The notes under the pieces were generated by a model that ran no database searches, was not told the origin of the DNA, and saw only the letters and a list, made by a program, of their open reading frames with translations. A stretch of 64,000 nt of DNA from Catajapyx aquilonaris. Lineage: Eukaryota. Shown one piece after another: positions 1 through 13,700 of this stretch. Position numbers and translations under genes: made by a program. Where the stretch lies: the NCBI GenBank assembly GCA_000934665.2, contig KZ537958.1:62001-126000 (forward strand). Reading direction: 5' to 3'. The first letter of the stretch is position 1. Each line of letters starts with the position of its first letter.

Positions 1-2846
1 CCTACTGAAAATATCTATCCCTGCGGTCCTACTTATTTCAATTAGATCGAACGAAAATCCCAGCAAGTTTTGTAAAATAATGAGCGTCCTTTGTGAGAAC
101 AATCTGTAATAAATTCCCTTTGAAATAACAAGGTTAATCACTACTTTGTAATCATTGTCTTTGAGCCATATTTTGGAAATTATTTTAGTTTCTTATGTAT
201 AGGAAGTCCGTGACATTTTTCTTTTTTTAAAAACCGGATTTAGACTGGACATAATTCTACAGCAGCTTAGCAGAATGATTGGCTTACATGCTTCCGTTTC
301 TTAGTAGTCCTTTGCTTTCCGACGTCGACTTATCCGGGGTTTCTGCCATTTCGGATTGTTTTCGGGTGTCACGCGCAGGGGTTTCCTGCCTCCGCCACAT
401 TTCGCCCGGAAGAAGGGCCCGGATGAAGCCCGGAATAAAGGGATTCAAACGCTATTAAGCGACCATTCATCAGAAGGAGGGGGCCAGACTCCAGCCAAGC
501 TAGCCACTTGGCCCAAGTCAGATAGAGTACGGAATAAGACTGCTTGGAGAGTGATGGAAGACTTTGCCCCTTTTTGCACACATTTCCGCTTGGCGACTAG
601 TTGTATAATCCCTCGCTACATTCTGGGCTTGAAAAATGGTCGAAGTTACACGGCGTATGGCTCCATCATGTTTAGCACTTCATTTTGTCGAGTTCGTAGG
701 CAGCATTCCTTCTGAAAGCACACTTTGTCTCTCTGAAAACACACGTCCAACTATGGGCACAAAGATTAACCCCACATGTTGGAACTACCATTATCGGTAT
801 ATGGTTTATAAAATACTGGCTGTTGCAAAATTTTTCCATCGCATGGACATGTTTTCTGATGCATATGTTGATTCTTGCGGAATAATCAATCAACTGTGTA
901 AGTGCTCAGTGACCTGTGTTGGCTCGGTTGATGTGCATCAATGAGGAGGGGCCGAGTGGTGTCAACACACTTTGGCATTGTCCTGTGTTGAGCTGCTAGC
1001 ATTCTCCCAATGCTAATGTTTGCGCTGTGCACGTTAGCGCGAACAATGGTTTTCTGGTCGTCCTTTTATATATTTGATTCCACCGCACTGAGCTCGAGGG
1101 CTCGATTATTCCTGGTTTACCATAGTAATTATGATGACGGCCATCACATTTACGGAACACTGTTTTTTTTTGAGAGAGAGAGTCCAACATTTTTAACTGA
1201 GTGTGACACCACTCGTGTCCAAAAATGTAACAATTTCTTACCAAAAAGTTAACATTGTAATTATTCCTCAGGTTTCTCTCCCTATTTCTGGTGCGGTAAA
1301 ATCTTCCGCTCCAATTGTACAAGTTCTAACAAGCTTTCCCAAGTGTTGTCTTACTTCGCCTCTTATTACGTAGACACTAATTAGGGAACCTTCGAAGAAA
1401 GTTTGGAGCTTCCCCGCTAGACGAGATAAGCGCAGTTCAAAAGTTTCCTGACACTTGAAGGTGCCTGGGCAAGTTGCTGCTGCATTTCTCGCTACGCACA
1501 GCAGAACATAGCAAACAGAAATGGCTGCCATGTGCGACCAAAAAAAAATTGACCAAAGTTCCACTTTAGACAGATTAAGATCCCTGCTAATATTCCTGGT
1601 GTTCCTCGATTTAATTGAGTTGTAGTCAATCCTGAGGATCCCCGGTACTGATGCGGAGGTTCATCGAATTAACTCAAACGGAGTTAAGATCAGGGGGAAC
1701 CAAGTGGCATATCACGATGGAGAAGATGCGTACCAGGAGAGGGTTTGGGAAATGGAATTATCCTCCTGATGCAATTCCACCCGGGTTGAGTGCACCACGT
1801 CCCAAGATGTTACTCTCTTCAGCAACCTCTGCTAAAAAGCAATTAGTCATGTTGTGGGCCGGCCATGTTTCACACCCGCGCAATTGATGCCTTGGGGTTC
1901 GAAAGAAGCTGGCTCATTATGCCTAGAGCACTATATCCCCCGAACATCAAAACGATTTCAGAAGTGTGATGGCAAAGCGTGGTAGATCGTTAGGTGCGGC
2001 TTGTTGTTCGCCCCATGCCCAAGGATGGTATAGATATACATAGCCATCCATCCATCTATGTATCCTCCGGCGGAAAAGGGGCCTGGAGGCAGAAGCAACA
2101 CGAGCCAAATGCCTGACTCTGGCTCCATATATCGTCTGGCTCGTCCCCCCCCCCACCNCCCCCCCCCTGTTGTTGTATATAGTATACAAGCCAGCAGTCT
2201 GTGCCTCTCCTCGTTACTACAAGACGTCCTGTGCCTCCCCTTTTACGGCCTCTCCAATTAATCGCGCCGAAGGGACACAACGACTCTCGAAACGCTCGCC
2301 CGAATTCCTCACAATAACAAACCCCTGGTAACATACGGCCCCCTGTAGTTAATGTGCTTTCTAATTAATTGGGGAGGGACTGGGTTTTCAAAAGACATCT
2401 CTAGGTTCAACCTGCCTGTAGGTACGTTTCGGGTTGGGGAGAGAATCCGGTTTCAAAAAAAAACAAAAACATTTCAATTTTTGGTTGGGCTACATGCTTA
2501 TGAAGTAATTATGGTGGGTTAATTCCTTGGGGCGATGAGTGTATAATATTTGCGCTTGCTACAGGCCTGGCGATGTTATAATCATGTAAAATATTGAAGC
2601 TAATTTTAGCAGCCTTCCTGTGGGCCAGGGGCTTTTGTTTTTTTATGTAAAAAAGAGTATAATTTGGTTAAATGTTAGGGCCAGATCTTGCTTAGCTGGA
2701 ATACCCAGAAGGCCGCCCTCTAAGGTATTGTTAGCGAATTTTTGGCTCATGTTTACTAGCCTCACGCTTTCAAAACATATTTTTTATCTAGATGTTCGTT
2801 TTCAAAAATGTGAAATTCACATCCGAAGAAATAAGCAAATGACCTT

Positions 2847-2936
2847 ATTAGGGTCACTGCCCTGATTAGGGTCACTGCCCTGATTAGGGTCACTGCCCTG
2901 ATTAGGGTCACTGCCCTGATTAGGGTCACTGCCCTT
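2847..2936. repeat. 18-bp minisatellite, 5 copies of ATTAGGGTCACTGCCCTG (each contains an IR-1 nuclear-receptor-like element)
   Basis: direct reading; the last unit ends CCCTT. Confidence 0.95.
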
Positions 2937-4627
2937 ATTTATGTAGGTCATGTCCCTTCCTTTGTGTGTGTTTTTTTTAAAATTCACGTCCAGTTTGGCT
3001 AAATGCAAAAGGGCATCATGAGAAGTGGCGATTCAGGCGACGTTCGCTGGCAGATTCTACTGTTCCAGTCTTCCGGCGCGGAAAGGAGCAATCGTCTCCC
3101 GGGAGACGTTTTGCGACAGATCTCGGGGCAAACATTGGGGGGCCCCTGTCGCGGGACAAATGAAACTCTAAATCCTGGGGCGATTGTTGGGAGACGTTAG
3201 AGGCCGAGGCAGGCCCGGCCGGACTTCCATCAGCGGGGCCCTTGGTGGTTTTATAGAGCCCGGCACCCGGCAAGTGCGACGGAAGGCCAATATGGCCTCT
3301 GTAAAGACCCGGGTTATGGCCGCGTTTATGGATGTAATTTTCGCTTTATTGTTGACGCAAAGCTTTTGTCTCTTGTGCTTCGTGACGTTCACGATGTGTG
3401 CTCGGGGTGGTGCAGACCAGTGTTGTGTGCGCGCGCCTTTTTTTTTAGGAATGAAACTAGCAGGTCCTTGTTAATACTGCAGTGCTTGTTAGTTGTCGCC
3501 CTAATTGCTAAGAGTTTATTATGGTAATAGTGATTAATAGTGGTCCACGTGCAAGGGTATTAGCGTGTTTACATTGCGATCGAAGGTTGGATCCAAGAAT
3601 AGGAAATGCAAACTTAGGTGTTTGCATGAATGAATCCTGCGATTTTTATTGTTTGCTCAAACTCTCGTTAAACATGGAAATTATTCACCACACACCGGAA
3701 TTGCGAAAATAAAATAAAACCTCTGCTAAGTACGTTGCTGATTAATGCTTATCAAAATACTCGTATATATGCAGAGTGATATTTGTACATTTACACACTA
3801 ATAAAAATGAGCGTGCAAGTGACACCTCGTTTGTTAATAATGTAGTATAGTGTGAAAATGATGGGGTAGAGTGGTTTTAAGTAGATATCGTGTTATAACT
3901 CTATTATGCAATAATTGGTAGCCGCACTACACGCTGTTACCCTGTTACATTGTGAACACATAATTACCGCGAATTTTACGCTGGTGCAGGGACTGTACTT
4001 TTTTTTGTACTACTTAAAAATGCATTTTGCAGTTACGCATCAAATTATATTGCCAACGTACCGTGCACGAGGACAGCTCTTTGGAAACAATTACAAAATT
4101 AATTAACTACAGGGAGCGTGCATCTGATATGACCCATATGATTGCGGTATAATTTGCATATGTTCACAAAAAAGTCGCATTCAAAATATTCCGCACCATT
4201 TCTTGTTGTTGCGTGATATACATATTATGAAGCATTGTTCGTTCTAAAAACAACAATAATATGCCCTACAATGACAGGAAAGTCCCAGATTATTGTGGAA
4301 ATGGCTCCACTTGTCTCCGAAATCCCAATATAAACGTGCTTCTTTTTTGTGTGACATCCAGTACACGAACCGAGACTTTTTTTCCTCTCCCTTCTTTCCT
4401 GCGACTTCCTAGTGCACGACAGGGGGCAGTAAATACTTCAGGAACATTCCGCACTTGTTCCCGGTTTTATTGTACCCTCAAGACGATCAAGGCTGCAAAA
4501 CTCTCTGCCGCAGTAGGTCAAGTATCTCTCTCAAAAAAATCCATATTGTTGATAGCTCACAATTTGGAAACTACAAAATAAATGATTTTATCATATATGA
4601 ATGCGACATCTTCATAAATATTTTCAG

Positions 4628-4745
4628 ACGTTCCTGGTACTGTAGCACCTCGTCTTCCGGAACGCACCATCAACATGGAGGTTCGTCGTGAAGAAATGGC
4701 TGTCCTACCCTGTGTGGCACAAGGACATCCACTTCCTCAATATAA
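4628..4745 (+). CDS. Dscam2: Dscam exon: Ig3 N-terminal half
   Basis: ttttcag acceptor, gtaagt donor; (D)VPGTVAPRLPERTINMEVRREEMAVLPCVAQGHPLPQY. Confidence 0.9.
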
Positions 4746-7700
4746 GTAAGTTTTCGATACCTATTACCTGGGGCTTCCAGCAGGCGCCCCCGTCGAATCC
4801 GGGCGAAGGCTTCCAAAAACAACTCGAGGGGAATTCGATTTGCGGTGTTGCCCGTGCCAGGAGTGCTTAGAAGAGACAGATACTTGCTAAAGCAGCACAG
4901 CTGAGGAATACCAAGTTCGATTCAAATCTTTGTGGCATCAAAGTTCACCCTCAAGCTTCAAGGGGCTGGTTGATTTTTTATGGATAGAGCTTGATTTTGG
5001 GCCGACTTTAAAATGGGTCTGGATTATTATTATTATTGGAAAAGGTGGGTAGATTTATGTGACATACCGGACTTCATGTAAATCTATATATTTGGAGCTG
5101 GTTTAGCCAACAAGTGGGCTTGGAACTACTCGATGCGTGACTGTGGAACTACGTGGGGATCGTTTGTCACCGAGTGTGTGTAGTTCAATGAGGCGGCCTG
5201 CATTGTGCGCCAACATGTAACCGCCGACAGTTACAAAAAAAAAGGACGGAATAAATTTTATTTCAAACCCGGTTTTTTTGAGGTTAACCGCCGCTCTTCC
5301 TCTTATTCACAACATTGTTGTCATTACGCTTGGAATCCTTTAAAAAATAAAAAAAATTCTGCATCTGACTGGCCTGTTGTCAACTGCAGATTGATTGAAA
5401 TTTTAGCTTAGCTACTGGGGGTACCGTAATTAATAACTGGGGACCGCATCGTTATTTTGGCTGCCTTTGTGGCTCGTACCCTTGATGGACGGGCGTGCAA
5501 TTAAAAGTTGAACTGGGCCAACCAACCGTGGTGCCTGCTGTTCTCGATTCGTGTTCAATATTCTTTGATGACTTTTTTTGGAGACCACTATTCGACAGCG
5601 GGGGGAATTTAGTCATTGTTGCAGGATAGAAAATTGGAAAACCGCGAAGTTTTTGGCAAAATCATTATGGCTGTCTAGTTTTAGTTGGGGATGAGATGGA
5701 GGAGGGTAGAAGATTCAATTACCATGACATTGCCAGTGCAATTTGACCAAGTACGCACTCAAAAACGAATTATATTGTAAACGTCCTTTTATGGCAGACT
5801 ATCTCGACAGCGATTTCCTGTTGGATAAAAGGCAGTAAAAGTTTCTAGCTAGGCCCTTTTCCAAATTTAAGGGATAAATCAAAGCCCCCCCCCCCCCGCC
5901 TCTTTCTCTGTCTCTCACTCGCGAAACGACTGCAGGCCAGTGTAAACGAAACCGCCTCATTTGGGGGACAACAATGAAACAAGGCTCATTGCCTTTATAT
6001 GTTTGCATTTCCTATCGACTCGTCACAATCGCCAATTTGCTTTTAATTAGTCGAATGGTTTATCACCACTCATTTCGTTATCATTATAATGCACTATTGT
6101 CAACATATTGGCACAGCATTATTAAATAAATTAAATCATTTTAATAATAGCGGTTAATTTTGATTTTAATATTTAATTATCAGGTGGTGGATGCAGAAGA
6201 AGAATGGACAACGAACACCTGTGGTCGAAGATGACCAACGATGGGTCAACAGCGGTCTTTTGGTCCTGTTGAAAGCACAGCCTGAAGACACTGCCCGATT
6301 CTTCTGCGTGGCCAACAACTCTGCTGGAAGCGTTGAACTAGAGGTGAGTGCCTGCAACTACACATTTTAAATGTCCGATTAGCCCCATTTGCACAAACGT
6401 CAGGGAGTAATTAATTAGTGCCAAAAATTCTGTGCCGGATGGGGATTATCAGGTATCCCGCAGTCGGCGTGTGTCCGCGCTGACCTCCAGCATTTTTGGG
6501 GTTATAAAACACCAGAGGGCTCGGGAGAGTAAAAGCACCTGGCGCAATTACACGGCCTGCAAAACCGTCCATCTTCGTGACGGACAGCCGGAGCGAGCTT
6601 TCGAAACGTGTCTAAATTACTGTCCGAAGATCTTCTGGTTCATCTATCAGTGTGATGAACATCTCTTTCCCAGCACGGAACGGGTTTCAAAATTGCTTCA
6701 CGGTGGTTTGGCTCTACCGTGGTCCTCTATTCAAACGGTAAATTACGGATCCTTGGGGACCACTAGTTTAGTCAACGATTTACCTACTGTACATTATGGA
6801 TCTTTATTCGGCCAGATCCACATGGGACCTCGATATACTGCGGCGCCACGGTTGTGTAATTACACTGTAACCCACCAATGTACAGTTAGCGGGGAACATT
6901 GTACAACCCACATGTGTCCTCTGTTGAGTTGCAGAGCCAAGCGACACATGATTTTTGCCAGGGATTTTTGGCCCCAGGTTTCATTCAAAATGCCACTCGG
7001 AATATGTCCAATGCGAAATACTGTACCACATCTGGGAAAACACTGTATGCAGATGCCACAATACGGACAATGTAAATCTTATTGATGATACTTTATACAA
7101 ACGCGCGGCAACGTTTGATCCATATTCATAGAGTGCATCATTCCAGTTTTTCTTAAAGAAAACGCCTGACTTGGCTACAAACTCCGGCCCTGAATGTCTA
7201 TACCAGCACACTTTCCCTGTATTGTTAAAAAGCGGCAGGTGACAACTTCAATTTTAGAAAAAGCTATTTCAAGGCCTGTATTCTCCCCAGACAGCATCTT
7301 TCCCCGATTCCAGTTTCCGAAAGTTGGCATATCCTGTTCCTGTGGCAACGGCGACAAACTTGGTTCATATTGGGGCAAAGCACAGGGCATACAATTGAGA
7401 ATGAAAGTACAAAAAAAAAACACGACGAAGCTCTGTAGTACCAACCTAGAAAATCACCGTTTGCTTCACTGCCTGACACTGAGGCCCCGAGGAAAGCCAG
7501 AACCTACTAGACCCTGTAATTTCCCTTATATGAGATTGCTTTCAAATATGTGCAACAGGGCGTGTACGACACTCTTTTTTTTGTCACTAAAGTTGTGGAT
7601 TTTAAAAAACCCGGATATGTATCCCTGAATCGCTCCATCTTCGGGGCATAAAAGTTTCATTACTGACTTTTTTTTCACAAAACGTATATGTACTTTTGTG

Positions 7701-10700
7701 AAGCCTGTCCGGAGAGCATGGAACTTAATTAAGTTTCTTTGTCCGACTTCAAGTGTCAATGTTGGCTTTAGCAGTCGGAAACTGGGATCCGCCATAAAAG
7801 CGAGCCTTGAAACAATGCTGATCTATAGGGGAAAACTGGAGCTTTCAAATCAGATGCAGTCGGAAATTGTGCCCAAGTTATTGGTTCGGAAATAATAGTC
7901 TTCCACTTGCTCTAGCTATAGAACAATCTTTCTGTTTGAATCCAGCAGCCCTCCAAGCATAATATTTCCGACCCATTTCAGGTGCAGTTATCGGTAACAT
8001 CTCCGCTCACAGTTCTGCTCCAACCGTCCGAGCAAACGGTGGACATCGGCAAGACAGCCGAATTCAGTTGCACCGTGTCCGGAAATCCGGTTTCGTCTGT
8101 GACCTGGCTCAAGGACGGATATCCCATCCGGGAAGGGGCCAGGGTACGGCTGATCCCATCCAAGGAAACACTGCAGATCTCTCCGGTCCAGAGAGAAGAC
8201 AAGGGCATGTATCAGTGCTACGCTCGAAATGATAACGATATGGCCCAAGGAAGCGGAGAACTGCGACTCGGAGGTAAATCAGTCATTCTACTCGCTATAG
8301 CTAAATAAAAAAGTCGAAATTTTTAACTGTTCATATGATATATCGATATTTCTGGATGACCTGATAGCTTTTTTTCCTGGGTAAAAACGGAAATAAATGC
8401 TTATTCTCTTTTCATAGATGCCTATCCTCAACTGGTGTACAAGTTCATAAAGCAGACTATCCAGCCTGGATTGTCAGTGTCGCTCAAGTGCATCGCGTCT
8501 GGTAATCCAACTCCGCATATTAGATGGACCCTTGACGGATTTCCTCTGCCGCAGAATGAAAGGTACAGTACTATACAGTGCACTTACGCTCAATATGTAC
8601 GCGCATTCTAAATTAAGCGCGGTTCGTGGGTAAAATGTCAGCCGGGTGCACGGGTATATTTGTGCTAAATTTGCATGCGAAGTTTCTTTTCTTTTTCGTA
8701 TACTGTATAAACTCTCAAACTATCAGCACTTCCTTCCGCCGTTGCACAATAGACGGAGAAATGTATACAGCAAGTTTCTAGGCTCCCCCGTTGTGCGATG
8801 TGTATGCAGAGCTCTGAATATTTCTATGCAGCAGCAGCGGCTGAGGATTACACCACTGTGCAAATCGGATATTTGCGAAACCGCGTCAGCTGTCTGCTTG
8901 CAGAGCAACTAAAGTGGAAGATTCTACCTTCCGGCCCTGCCCAGCATTAATATGTTTGTGAGAGCTCCGGCTTGTGTTGATAATAGCCACGTGCATTCAA
9001 AATGTGATGGCGGAGGGCCCTATTTCCTTTCTCAAAAGTTGACAGCCAAATAGTGAAATAGGCCTGTCGAAGCGTACTAGCTGTATATAGGCCTACACGA
9101 TGTCAGTTTGCTTTGGGAGAAGCCTCGTTGGGTCGTGGGAACGGTTCTAAGGCTGCAGGTTATATGTTAGGTATAGTAACAATGTGTGTTTCAGATATAT
9201 GATTGGCCAGTATGTGACTCTTCACGGAGATGTGATCAGCCATGTGAACATAAGCCGTGTCCAAGTAGAGGACGGTGGGACGTACCAGTGTGCGGCAGTG
9301 AACAAGGTCGGGGAAACGATCCACGCTGCGGAACTCAACGTTTATGGTGAGTATATTACCCAGTATAGTCTAAAGGTGCAGTGCAGTACATTGCACAAAA
9401 AGGTATCTTCTTCTAAAACCGTAATTGCAACGTATACTCCTGGAGTTATCTTAGAGGCACAGAGGTTCATTAACGTGGAGCGGTCCTCTGCGTACAGTGT
9501 ATCAGGCCCCCCGGAATATAATGCTTCGCCAGCACTTAATGTCCTAACATCCTCGGTCCTTAAATTGAAATCGTATATAACAAGACCTCTAATTACAGTC
9601 CGAAAACTTTTGCTGCAGAGTATCCGCAGCGTTAAAGAATACCGATACTGACTGCTGACTTCCAACGCACATTTTTGCAAAAAAAAAGAGGATCCATCGG
9701 AAATGCGTTTTAGCCTAAATCCGATAAATCATTAGGAGGATAATTTGGAGGCGGGTTATGGTCTCTGTCTGGTCCATATTGCTTATTTATTCGGAAATGT
9801 TGTGCTCATCTTGCACCCCGGTTTTTTTTGTCGCTTCTAAAGCGGTTGTTTCACCTTATCGATTCCAGTGCTGGATGGCTTATGTGGCACAGAGACGTGT
9901 TATTACATGAAGGGAGGTCCATTCCGGAGTGGGGAGGGGCTTTTCCCCCCCATAGCTGCAGCCCCTGGATTATCTGCAGTAGCCGCTTGGCTGCTCTTTG
10001 CTCGCTCACTAATACTATCGTGCCAGTGCATGAAACGGCTTGTACATAAATTATCTGACCACGCTTCGGTGAGCCCTAGTTATCAGCGGCTGCCACTGCC
10101 ACCTATTGGCTTCCAGAGGACAAAAGAAAAAAAAAAAAAAAAAAATCCTCGCGAAGGGGACCACACTTGCCATTTTTTGGAGGCTGAAAAATATGCTGGG
10201 GTCTGGCTTAGCTGGGTGATAATGTCGGAAAGAGGCCTTTTGAGAAGCTTGGATATGCAGCGATGCTGATCGTATGTGGCTGAATTTTTGGAAGGAAACT
10301 GGGGGAACCGTATTTCATTTAAATGCGCACCCTTTTCAGCTAGGTTGGGTATGAAAATTCAAAGAGCTCTATTTTATGCTTTCCGACCGCATGCACTGTA
10401 ATAACAGACGTGTGTTAAACCGCATCCCGGATCGACCAGTCAACAAAATGCGATGCCGACATACCCCACGTATGTATAAGGGGATAATGTCCGTACTCTA
10501 CATGCAAGCATTGTAGGGTGGATATCGCATTAATGTGCCGACGTCATTTCGAGTTGTGTAATAAGCCCGGAAATTGAGTGAACATACCCGGTTGAAAACC
10601 GCATGCCGGTATTAATTTAGGACTTGGCGCGCAAGGAAGACGGCCGAGTTTTTTTGTCGGGTTCATTACGAGCATGCACACTGTACCTGAGCCCGTAAAA

Positions 10701-13700
10701 CATGAGGGAGGCTCATAAATACTTGACGTTAACAGCATGGTGTAATGTGTGTCGGTCCTGTTGCTCCTATCATTCTCGAAGATTTGTTAGTGTAGAACAC
10801 TAGTGTTTAGCATAATTATGTAGGTACTGAATGTGGTACTAGCCTACATTTTTCAAACCCTTGGAAAAAATCTCTCTAATTTTTAACATAATTTTGGTGG
10901 CTTTTTGTTTGAAGAAATACGTAGTTTTCGAGCTACGGTATCGTATTTCCCTCTGACGTCACTGAGGCTAAGTAGATCGGTGCAGAGGCAGGAACTCACC
11001 CGGGCTGCTCTCCTTGTTTGCATTGTTGGCGAACTATAGAAATGTCTTGATAAAATTGCTGATATGTAAACAGCATTTTATACCACATAATAGAGTAATG
11101 CTATTTCTGTAGCGCTTAGTGCAAGTAAATATTCGCACTGAATGTATAATACAGGGTCAGCTAATCTGGTCAGAAGCCCACGTGTGGAAAGGTCTGTTGA
11201 ATTGAGCAAAAAGAGAATAATTGAAAGGCGTATATAACTGGAGGAGTTAGGAGACTGCTGGGTTTGGTGGTGGCCGGAAGAGAGCGCTGTTTGAAGTGCA
11301 GGAAAGAGGAAACAGGTTGCGGAGATCCCTGCGAATCCCAATTAGCTTTGAGATTCAGGCGAAGGTAAATATTGAGCTAGCTTTGTGCCCCGCGGTTGCC
11401 CCCGAGAAAGAAGAGGAGGGGTAGGGCTGAGACCGCGGAAGCAAAGTGCCGGCAGCAGCATTAGCTCAATGGTTCGGAGGTGATTAATTACCGAATGGCC
11501 TTGCGGACATTTGTGCAGGAGACCGTTTCCAGAAGGAAACCGAAGCTTGGAAGGAAAAGACAAAGGCACACACAAAAAAATATTTGAAGTCGACCGAATT
11601 TTCCACTCATTTGCTGCTTTTGAGAAGGGGAAACCTGGTGCTGTTGCAAATTTGGCAAAACACTAATCGCCATTTGAAGAGGGTGGCAGGAAATGGGTCA
11701 GGGCCGTTTTGCAATAGTGCACCGAGTGTGCAATTATAATCCGAGAGAGAGAGAGAGAGCTGAAGGCTGTGAGAAGCTGGAAAATCACAAGAGCAGATTT
11801 CAGGGCTCAAAAGGTCATTACTGAGAGAAACAAGAAAGGAATCCCTTGGGAATCGATTGGAACTCTTTGAAGTCAGGTGACACGTGAGAGAATTAGGATT
11901 TTCACTGGGAGAATGCCGGAGGTTCAATGAGGGTTCTTTACCTCCAAATAATTAGCAGATTCGTTTTCAATGAATGGAAAGTCCAGAAGTGCTTGAAGTT
12001 TGTAGAAATTTCACTTTCGTAAGCTGTAAAAAAAGTTTCGGCAAAAGGTATCCTGGCACTCATAGATAAACACTGTACGGTGTGATAAACTCATAACGTC
12101 ATAATCAAGCCTGTCCTCTACTCCACTCTACACAGCACGTGAATCAATCAAATTAGCCCCGACTTTTCAATCACCCTGTCTATACACCAGCAGGTATATC
12201 AATACGATCTGGGCTGACTGCGAGTTTTTTGAGTGGCTCCTCCTGAAAACCACTAACAGAAAAACATCGATTCATGCTTGTGGTCCTAGCTTACACCTCC
12301 AGGAATCAATACGATAGCTGCAAACCTCCCAAAGTCAGTCGACTTTAGAATATTGGGCCGAGTTTAACCCGGGCATAAAAAGCAGCAGTGTGAATTACGA
12401 CTTGATGAGTTCCTCTGGAATGAGCCGAGTCTCACCTCCCACAAAACAACAGTTTGGAAACTTTGCTCCGGAGTATACATATCGACTGTTGACTCGTGCG
12501 CAGAGTTTAATTTTGCCACTGCAGGGTGACGTGAGCAGGATGCTCCATTTCCATCCGGTTGTGTGCGGCGATAATAGTCAAGTCTATTGTTTCCTTCTGC
12601 TGCGTTGGGGGGAAGTCGGCCATTGTTCTTGGGCTGCTCTAGAGAGGGAGAGGAAATTGCAGGTGACTACAGGGCCAGCTTTATCCCATTAGGACGTGCT
12701 CCGACTTGGCAATTCCACAGTCCAACGACAATTTCTATCGGATTTCCGACCCTGCTCTTCCTTTTTTTTACTTCTTCTTCGGCCCCGAACCTACAGATGT
12801 TTCGGCTTCTTTTGAGGGTTGGCAGCACTTGTTGCGTCCGCCGAATTACACGCTTCAAGGAAGAAAAATCGTGCGATACCTGTGCCACTCTCTTCTTTCA
12901 AGATACACGGAAACGTACTTGGCTCGAGCGGAAACCTATAGACTTGCCTTAAAAGCAGTTTGGAGTCTATCCCTTACGCAATTTCGGAAAAGGCGCTGTG
13001 ATTGACACTAGGAATTCGGCGAATGGTATCTCACCTAGCTTCTCAGAAGAGTGATAGTGCTGGCTTTCTAGGGAGTAGATAGATGTGCGGGTTATTCCTC
13101 CTGGGACGAATTGAGCGGCTCTTGTGTGCTTGTCAGAAGGGAAAAGGGGCTGGTGTACTATATAGGCCGGATGATCGATGTGCGGTGATTAGTGAGAGAT
13201 CGTAAAGGACGAGCGCTTCCCAGAGACTCAGCCCTATTTGATGAGTCCGGAACGAGCAGTATTTGCTGCTAATCACTGTCCTAATGAGAAGTCACCCAAA
13301 GTTTTGTCCACTTGGATTGGCAGCCCTGGGTAACAGACTGGCTTGTTCGATACCCATAATATCGACAATCGATTTGATCGATATATATCACGTCAACATT
13401 AGTTTCAAGAAAAATCACCCCTAGAGTTTATAATACTGTCCCGTTTCCTTCTGCTGACTCGCTGTTTTATCAAATGGCAGCGCACAGAGCGATCCGAGAT
13501 TCGATCCGGTCCTTTTTCGGATTGTCACATAAAAGGGAACAAGTGTGGGTCCTTTGTTATCCTTCAACAAATTACGTGACGGAAAACTTTCCTACTACGG
13601 AGACTTCACCCACCGAATGAAACCTCTGGATTCATGAGATAATTTCAGTATCCTCCCGTATAAATGTCTAGCCCGGATTGTAAGATACGGCTGCGGATTT

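Noticed and set aside
1268..1564. Minus-strand ORF with a signal-peptide-like start (MAAISVCYVLLCVA..)
   Set aside because: Short, with no recognisable family or partner exons; likely chance.
2847..2936. CRISPR-like or telomeric reading of the 18-bp repeat
   Set aside because: Units are contiguous with no unique spacers, the context is eukaryotic, and TTAGG occurs only once per unit.
6432..7085. 217-aa intronic ORF
   Set aside because: Non-ATG start, no recognisable domain, no supporting splice structure.
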